Part shown: one piece after another, positions 49,807-57,372 of the stretch
Layout: every line of letters begins with the position of its first letter
Position numbering within the stretch: position 1 is the stretch's first letter
Assembly (NCBI GenBank): GCA_000934665.2
Contig: KZ537966.1
Span: 186,001 to 243,372, forward strand
DNA from: Catajapyx aquilonaris
Lineage: Eukaryota
DNA: 57,372 bases
Direction of reading: 5' to 3'
Translations under genes and position numbers: made by a program
The notes under the pieces: model-generated
Databases searched by the model: none
What the model was told of the DNA's origin: nothing
What the model saw: the letters and a program-made list of their open reading frames with translations, nothing else

Positions 49807-51931
49807 ATGAACTTGCCAAAGGGTAAGCACCAAGGCGGGCAAACCCAGGCGGCCTTCCCGCAGCGAGTGCCGCACGCGTATCCTTTTTGATCATGTGTAC
49901 CACAAGTGCATTGTGTCCACATTGTTGCCTAGCTCATGGTGAGTCTCCATATTGATTGAAGCCCCCCATCCCCCCCTCCTCCTCCCACCACACACACACA
50001 CAACCTTACACCCCTCCCCATCCTGATTCAGAACTTCCCCCACCTCTCACTACTTCCCCCAACATCCCCCCCACCCACCCCACTCTCTTTACACTACTTT
50101 ATTTTTGTGGTGAAAGTGGCAAGTAACTAGCCAGCCTTGTTGGAGCTTTCCAAGTTTTCACATACGTACACTGGTGGATTTTTTGTTGGTGTTGTTTTAT
50201 TGGGAAGCGCAGTGCGGATGTGGGTATGTCCTTAACTGGTGAGATCAGGATTGGGCCCAGGGGTGCTTCAGGACCGCCGCCACAGAGTGAGTATATGGTT
50301 GTCACACTTCTGGGGTTGCCAGGGATGCGCCATGGACGCGCCATGGACAGTCAGAACGGAACCGGTTGCTTTCCATATGTGCACCGGATTCAGCCCATGT
50401 GGCATGTCCAATATGGTGTCGTGTTGGCTCAAATATGTTTTAACGTAGCTGTTGTACCGCCGCCGGTTGTGTCAGGTCACAGGGAGGTGGGATTGCGCAA
50501 GGTTGTGACACATGATGGCCGACTGATTCCAAAGATTAGATGGTTTTGAGAAGAATGCATGCCACTAGGCCTGACTTGTTTTCATGGGCTTGTAGGGGTG
50601 ACCTTGCACACGTGCGGCTTTTGTTTTGCAATTTTGCATGGTGGGGGATTTTGTACATTATGAGTTTTCGAGTGTGTGGCATATGTGGCTCTAGCTGGAG
50701 CCTGCTTGACCCCAGGGGCAGGCCTGCCGTTTCTTACAGGAGAGCTGCCCTTTTCGGTGCAGAGTCCGTATTCGCCTGGCAGTGGTGCCTCACTGCCACC
50801 GCCACTGCATCCGGTCAATCCGCCGCCGCCAATTTCACACAGCCCGGCCCCACCAGGTGCACCGGGACAAGGACCTGCACCAGGGCAGGCCCAAGGTGGG
50901 CTCAGCCATGACATAAACAAACAAGCCGCAGCCGCCGTTCATCTGGCAGGCCAAGGAATTCCGACTGGTAATGTATCTTGGTTTTTGAAGCATTCCTTTT
51001 GGTGTGCAGTGTGCATGCGGGGAATGCCAGTGTTATCTTAGAGAAGCATACCAAGTGCATATGGAGCCACAAAATCTTGTGGAATGTCAGGAATGTGGCA
51101 AGAACCAGTCAAAACTGCAGGTTAAAGTTCAATTCTAGGCTCTTTCGCCATGATAACATGGCCTGTGTTGATAGAAGCTACAGTATGACCCTGAAGGAAG
51201 TAAACACTTACTATTGACAGCATAAATTTTTCATCTCTGCAGAATGTTGCCATGTTATATTTAGAGAAAGTGACATACTGTTGCAGGTCACTTCAGTGAG
51301 TGAAATTACTAACTACAGTTCGCATGGGCAACTTTTAATGCAATAGTGACGTACAATTTGACTAAAGCTACATTGTAGATTGTAATTTTCATGCCGCGAG
51401 CAACACAAGTCAAAGTTATGCAAATAGGAAACTTAGGTTTGCTTGAGAGATGATGAAACATGTTGCACCTGAGATCCTTCTTGTGCATTGAAAATGCAGT
51501 ATGCTACATGTATTTCATGGTGATTTTGTAAGCCAAGTGGAATAAGACCTGTTTATTTTGATTAATGTGCCTGTATATTCTGTGTGCAATAACATTTCTG
51601 TTGAGTCTTATGTGATGCTGCTGGAAATTTACATTGAGAGTATCAGTGCTAACCTTTTGACCACACAGCAATAACTACTAGAGAGATTTACACTGTGGTG
51701 GTGGTAAATGAGAATAGAGGGAGAGTTCAGACACTATGGAATTTTTGTTTGAAGCACACATTTTAAAATACAAGTGTTTTATTAGCACCCGAGTTTCTTG
51801 CACACTCCGGCACTTTTAATTTTGTTATAAATTGTGATGGTCCTTGTAGCACATGATGAACCAAGTGCACCCCCTTGTAACACTTGATTGTCTTGCAGCT
51901 GAACTACGTGGCCACATTGCAGAAATCCTAC
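49807..51931 (+). CDS. 5' exons of an unidentified proline-rich protein gene (3' end uncertain)
   Basis: Exon 50740-50967 (ttcttacag|; GELPFSVQSPYSPGSGASLPPPLHPVNPPPPISHSPAPPGAPGQGPAPGQAQGGLSHDINKQAAAAVHLAGQGIPT; g|gtaatg) and microexon 51899-51931 (AELRGHIAEIL; c|gtaagt), both phase 1-1. Candidate first coding exons 49807-49822, 49893-49938 and 50226-50286. CpG-rich promoter with (CT)n and (CA)n at about 49410-49475. Confidence 0.65.
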
Positions 51932-52478
51932 GTAAGTCAAAACATTTTCTTGCACCTGCATGATGGACAGGGAAGTGCGGAATAATACAATTAGTGAGGC
52001 TTAATTGAAGGAGTTAGTATTGAAGAAAATCGTATACACTTACAATTTAACGGGCATGGAATTGGGTGTACAGTTTTGTTTAATGAATTTTTGCGGGATT
52101 GTTATCTTCAGATGGCATCAGCTTCATGATGTTAGCACTGTGTTAGCAAATCATATTTCTTGAAAGCAGGCTTGTTCATTTTGCTAGATGTTAACGGGGA
52201 AGGTGAGAATTGTTGCCACATGATTTTAAAATGCTGTGGCTGTGAAATTAGTCAATTGAAATTATACGGTATTGTTTTTAGACCACTGCAGATTAAGACA
52301 TGCTTCAGTTATACTGGAGCCAAGTTGTTAGTTGGGTCAGTTGGGAAATATTTCTTGCCAATTGAGTTTTGCCAGATCAAATTTTTCATCACCACATGAG
52401 TTATTGAGATTCATTTAAAAGGAGTTCTGATGACAATGAAAAAATAAATATATTTCTTTGCATATGAGCTGCTGAAAT

Positions 52479-52995
52479 GACTAGGCACAAAATGTATGGG
52501 CGAGTGGCCTTCCGTTCGATTTGCCTGAAAATAGGATACGTTGTAGCCCAGACCATCCTTATAAATGTTAGATAGGGACTTTTCGAGGTAGGACCTACAG
52601 GGAGCCTGCTAATGATCTCCGAAGGTAATAGGGGGAGTAGTAGACTACAATAATCTTGTCTCCAGGAACTCAATGGTTATTGCATTAAATTATCTATTAA
52701 TCTTTTTTATTACCTATTCATCTGGTTCAAATTCTACTCCTTGAAGGTTGTCATCTGGAGTTTCCTCCAGCTGCACTTCAACATTAATTGGGTCAATGTA
52801 AGGAAGGTTTCTCTCACAGCAGTCTTCGATGGTATTGAGTAGCCTCTTTGATGAATAGCGATTAGCATGATCTCTGTAGGTCCTACCTCGTAATGTCCCT
52901 ATCTAACATTGATCAGGATGGTCTGGGCTACAACATATCCAATTTTCAGGCAAATCCAACGGAAGGCCACTCGCCCATACATTTTGTGCCTTGTC
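52479..52995. mobile_element. Non-autonomous DNA transposon with about 130-bp TIRs
   Basis: ggcacaaaatgtatgggcgagtggccttccgtt..cgaggtaggacctacag pairs with ctgtaggtcctacctcg..aacggaaggccactcgcccatacattttgtgcc. TSD not clear. Confidence 0.8.
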
Positions 52996-53417
52996 CTTTG
53001 CAAGGTGATGGGAGCATACTCGTTTTGGGTGTGGAATTGATCCTTGTTTTAGAAAGCCATAGAAAACATGTACTACACATGGCCTAGGAAAGAACATCCA
53101 ATTGGGAATACCTGGTACACATGGAAATTTTCGAAAGTGTATTATTTTTGGAGATGCAGGAAATAGGAACATTGAATGTTAACTTGAAATGCAAAAGTAA
53201 TGTCCTGTGTTACAGGAAGAGTATGATGCACTAGTTGGATAGTAGTTCAGTCTAGTACTAATATCTTGTGAGTGTCAACATGATTCTAAAACATTTGCAT
53301 ACTCTGGTAGGAGCATTGGAATTCACTGTTGAAAAATTGTTCCATCCCAACTTAACCTGGTCTTCATACCCCCTTGGGAACACCAGCCTTATGATGTCTG
53401 GGTATAACTCTTGAAGG

Positions 53418-54237
53418 CAGTGCTTCCCAATTTCTTCGTTGGCGACCCCAAAAAATTGTCTTGTAAAATTTGCGACCCCCTGTACAGGCTGTTACAGAGT
53501 CACAGGTCAAGCGCGCGCGAGGGGGTGGGGAAAAATCGTAGGTGACGACTACCCGGGTCGGTTTTATAAAACAATGAGAAATACAGCAGTGCGGCGTGAT
53601 GTCACATCCTACTTTCTGATCGAACTGACAAGTGAGTGGTGCGGACTGGCAAATGCAAAGCAAATGCATTGGGTTGAACCTGGTTGAACGGTTTTTAGCC
53701 TTGCGGGTTGCACTGGAAAAGGCGCTCTCATGCTACACCGGTAGGGTACTGTACAAAGTAGTGTACTACTGTACAGTAGTGTGTTCAGTACCCTGCCGTT
53801 GTAGCATGAGAGCGCCTTTTTCAGTGCAACCCGCAAGGCTAAAAACCCGTCGACCAGGTTCAACCGAATGCACTTGCCTTGCATTTGCCAGTCCGCGGGG
53901 GTCAATTCGAACAGAAAGTAGGATGTGGCGTCACGCCGTACGGCCGTAATAAATAAATTGATTACTGTCGTATTTCTCATTGTTTTATAAAACCGAACCG
54001 TGTAGTCGTCATCTACGATTTTTCCCCGCCCCCTCGCGTGCGCTTGACCCGTGACTCTGTAACACCCTGTATATGCACATTTCGATCCGCCAACAGGAAA
54101 AGACAGGTAAACAGTGAAATGACCTTACCTTACAAGCATGAGTTTCAAAAAGATAGCATCATTTTGTGAAAATAATTTGTTACCCGCCCTTGCGACCCCA
54201 AATACTATTTTCATGACCCACAATTTGGGAAGCTCTG
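53418..54237. mobile_element. hAT (Charlie-like) MITE, host of a nested element
   Basis: Termini cagtgcttcccaa / ttgggaagctctg, subterminal gcgacccc repeats, 8-bp TSD cttgaagg / ctttaagg (7 of 8 match). Confidence 0.75.
53485..54069. mobile_element. Tc1/mariner-type fold-back MITE
   Basis: TA|caggctgttacagagtcac ... gtgactctgtaacaccctg|TA. The arms of about 280 bp pair almost to the centre near 53765. Confidence 0.85.
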
Positions 54238-54330
54238 CTTTAAGGTGTCTTATTTTATCTCAACAAATTTTTAAAACATTTTATCAATATTAGTGAGTTA
54301 TCAATGAATGTAGTGCAGTACAGGCAAGAG

Positions 54331-54558
54331 TTCCACCTGTAATGTCCCGAGTTCCGATCCCCGGGTCGGACGGAGGATACTTACGTGGATCGAGTTTCGA
54401 TGGGTTCTCTCCATGTTCGCGTGGGTTTTCTCTAGGTTCTCCCGTTTCCTCCCACTATCAAAATCCATCACATTACAGGCAAATGATTAGTCGGTTATTC
54501 AAAAGATCAGCCCCTAAGAGGCCCAAGGGGCCTATCACGGGGTATCCATTATTATTAT
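54331..54558 (+). mobile_element. SINE family B (V-domain-like core), 5'-eroded
   Basis: Degenerate B box (gagttccgatccc), core gttctctccatgttcgcgtgggttttctctaggttctcccgtttcctcccac resembling the V-SINE domain, (ATT)n tail, 12-bp TSD tacaggcaagag (54319-54330, 54559-54570). Confidence 0.75.
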
Positions 54559-55809
54559 TACAGGCAAGAGAGCAATGTAAACTACCACGTCAGTTCTGAT
54601 TACACATGAGGTGATGGTATTAAAGCAGATTCAAGTACTTGTTGTTCTCTTGGTCGCAAAAGTGATAGACAGTGTAGTGTGCTCAAGTGATGGATGCATA
54701 TGCCCTCTGTTGGTATTTCGAATGCAGATATAATTTTTTTCATAGCAGTGAATGCACTGTAACATGTGAATCACTTCAGACCCTTCTATCTTGCCTTCTA
54801 TCATCTCCTCCTGTTACCTCTTTTCAGTGATTGGATTGTAAAAACATTAATCTAGTTTAATTTTGCTAAATTAAAGCATTTGAATCGATTACAAGGGACT
54901 TGCGGAACAATCACTGAAACTAGCAAATTGGGTACTTGTGATTGAGCTATTGCTGGCTCAGGGTGTGGCTGAACTGCCAGGCAATTATATTCTCGATTGT
55001 GGGGAAGGCAGCATATGGCTGGTGTGATCAACCAGAGAGTATGGGTGTTGGGTTCACTTATGCATGCCGCTTCATTGTTGTTGATTCCCGCCTTGCATGT
55101 CATACCCAACGTCCTCACCCTTGCCTCGTGGGCCGACCACACTGGTCAAACTCTTCCTTCACCACAGCTGAGAATCGAATTGCTTGGCAGGGGTTGTGGC
55201 AGTTCCACTATTCTCACTGACAGCAGTATGTTGCTTTCCTCTGACCTTGCTGTATTTCGGAGAATAATGTTTCCCAGACTTTAGTGCCATCCTAAATGCA
55301 GTCACTTCTTACATTAGTGTGGTAAGATACAGAGTTATTTTAAAATGTGGAGGCCATGTTCACTTTTTACCTGCAATTTCTTATTTATCCCTTATGAGCT
55401 CCCCATAACAACCTGGAAGATTCACTTGACCCTTGTTTAGGTCGTGACTGTGATTTGAGCTGAGCGAAGCTGAGCGGGGACAATGCTGAGCGAATAAGCG
55501 GGAATTGGCTCTAGTTTGATTGTTGCTAGGCTGCAGTAGGCTACGTGCTGCCTGATAGCTTTAGATTCAAATGAGACATTTGCATGTTTATAACAATTTC
55601 CATAAATGATATTTAAATAGGAACATATGACTTTCACAGTAGGATTTCATTTTTTCTTGTTAAATTTAAAATGCTGTGAGACTGGGTCTGTATGCATGGG
55701 TAAAGTGGACAGAATGTCTATTCAGACCGTAACATCAATAGAGCTAGGCTAATGCTAATGGGCAGGGAACCTGAAACTGTGTAAATATGATATAGAATTT
55801 TCAGGGCTA

Positions 55810-56335
55810 CTGACAAGGGAAGGTCACAGGGTGATAATTACGGATCTTGATGAAATTTAACATGCTAATACAGATTAGCCCAAGGGGCCTATCATGGGGT
55901 ATCCATTATTATTAACTGGCGGCCCCTCGGCGAACTGAAAAGCCCCAGACACAAAAAATGCCAGGCTGCTGGGGCAGGTTTCCTTTCCATCCTACTCCTC
56001 CCTGAAAGGTGCCTCAGGAACTTGTGGCAATTTCTGCTGAGACCCGGGAGAGGCTTTTGCGCCAGATTCGAATTGCCGAACTTTGACGGCTAGCCCTGGC
56101 CTTAACGTTCGTCTCTCAGAAAAACTGCGTGTACCCTCAGAATCAGGATTTTTTGCCCGATTTTCAGAGGCCAACGTGTATTGTGAGTGGAGTGTCCCTT
56201 TAAGACGTCGTAACTTTTGCGAATATGGGCCTCTGCATGAAATATTTCATTTTTGGGTATCATATATTGTCCTGTATTAGCACGTTAAATTTCATCAAGA
56301 TCCGTCATTATCACCCCGTGACCTTCCCTTGTGAG
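55810..56335. mobile_element. TA-flanked TIR element containing a 3' fragment of SINE family B
   Basis: About 60-bp TIRs acaagggaaggtcacagggtgataattacggatcttgatgaaatttaacatgctaatacag / ctgtattagcacgttaaatttcatcaagatccgtcattatcaccccgtgaccttcccttgt. gcccaaggggcctatcatggggtatccattattatta at about 55878-55914 matches the 3' end of 54331-54558. Confidence 0.75.
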
Positions 56336-57372
56336 TATTATTAGCGATGCAATAAAACTCTTAATGAGCACATCTAGAAACTACATAGGAATTATTATGG
56401 ACATAAGAAATTGCTACTTACCAGATATGAATTTTGGTGGGGGTCCCAATCACATTGGAACATCAAAGCACTGCAGCTTTAGGGGCCATTTACATAGCAC
56501 TGAGGAAATTTGATTTGCTCAACTGTAGCCCTCTGCATTTGCATGTTGGCAGCAGGGTACTGACAGGAGAAAAAAAGTCACATTCATCACAATATTGTGA
56601 GAATTAAAGCAGAGGGATGGTTTTGCTTACCTGATTTGCACTAGACATCTACAGTTCAGAGGGGCAGAAGACAGTTGCCAGGTGGAGTGGAGACGAAAGT
56701 GTCTCCATCAGGCAGCTCTCACACATCACATGTGTGATGGTTTGGAAACAGTTTGGTGAATGTTACAATAAAAGCAACAAAACAGAAGGTACATATGAAT
56801 TACCTGTACTGGCCTTCAAAGTGCTCTCCATCAGATGCAGAGCACTTTTGACGACATTCGTAAAGCTTCAGAATACAGAAATATTTACCTTGGGGACCCC
56901 CTCAAGATCTGTTGTCACGCCGACCTGAACGTCCACAAAGCGTGATCCCTGCATTAAGAGCGCGCTCTAGGCTACGCTATTCATTGTTGCGGGTAGCCCG
57001 TCGCGGGCCGGCCCGTGAGTTTGACACTTCTTCCTCTCGCTGTCACGGCAGCAAATATGGAGGTATCGGCATGAAACTGGAGTATATGGACGCGAATGAG
57101 TTGCACTTTGAGATGGTGCGCTTATTTTTCTGCTGGGGCGATATTTGCGGCCGCCGCGGCCAGATACAGTTTTTTATTTTGACCCGCAATCACTCATTTC
57201 CATGTCGGTACCAGTGAGATTCGAACCTGTCACGAGGTTTTTACGGCGAATTACCGTAAGTGTGTGAAAGGGCATGAGTGTGGCAGTCTTGGTTTGGCCA
57301 AACTTTGGGATCGAAAATACCCCCCTCCATGAACAATAACAACTCGCACGAAGAAAGCGACGATCTGGCAGC

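Noticed and set aside
48869..49922. ORFs up to 286 aa, including 49062..49922 (-)
   Set aside because: They translate (CT)n, (CA)n and C-runs of a promoter, mostly use non-ATG starts, and show no domain.
51450..51902. TGATGA...CTGA pairs suggesting C/D snoRNAs
   Set aside because: Spacing is too short, there is no terminal stem, and one pair overlaps a splice acceptor.

Overview
Eukaryotic, intron-containing genomic DNA, most likely from an arthropod: many 55-110 nt GT-AG introns, and proteins closest to insect/crustacean-type sequences I recall. No prokaryotic features, CRISPR arrays or rRNA genes were seen. Hand-spliced gene order: (1) a truncated DNAJB6-like paralog (+, 1-2853) that seems to end in a transmembrane tail; (2) DNAJB6/mrj (+, non-coding first exon ending at 3744, 12-kb first intron, CDS 15797-23405) with a duplicated helix-IV cassette exon and a poly-His tract; (3) a secreted pancreatic-lipase-family gene (+, 24603-26281); (4) PFKFB/Pfrx (-, 26902-36977) with four alternative first coding exons, one carrying two PKA motifs, and a duplicated splice acceptor; (5) an LRRC71-like gene nested on the same strand inside the PFKFB 5' intron (-, 33618-35715); (6) a 78-aa secreted six-cysteine, pacifastin/half-VWC-like peptide gene that the ORF track misses (+, 37430-37777); (7) ZMYND11/BS69 (-, 40488-43947); (8) the 5' end of an unidentified proline-rich gene with three alternative N-termini and uORFs (+, from 49807). 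Introns contain many fold-back MITEs (Harbinger-, mariner-, hAT- and possibly Sola-like, some nested) and two SINE families that share a covarying 3' stem-loop. All exon models and coordinates were read by eye, and family assignments come from recalled motifs, not database searches.
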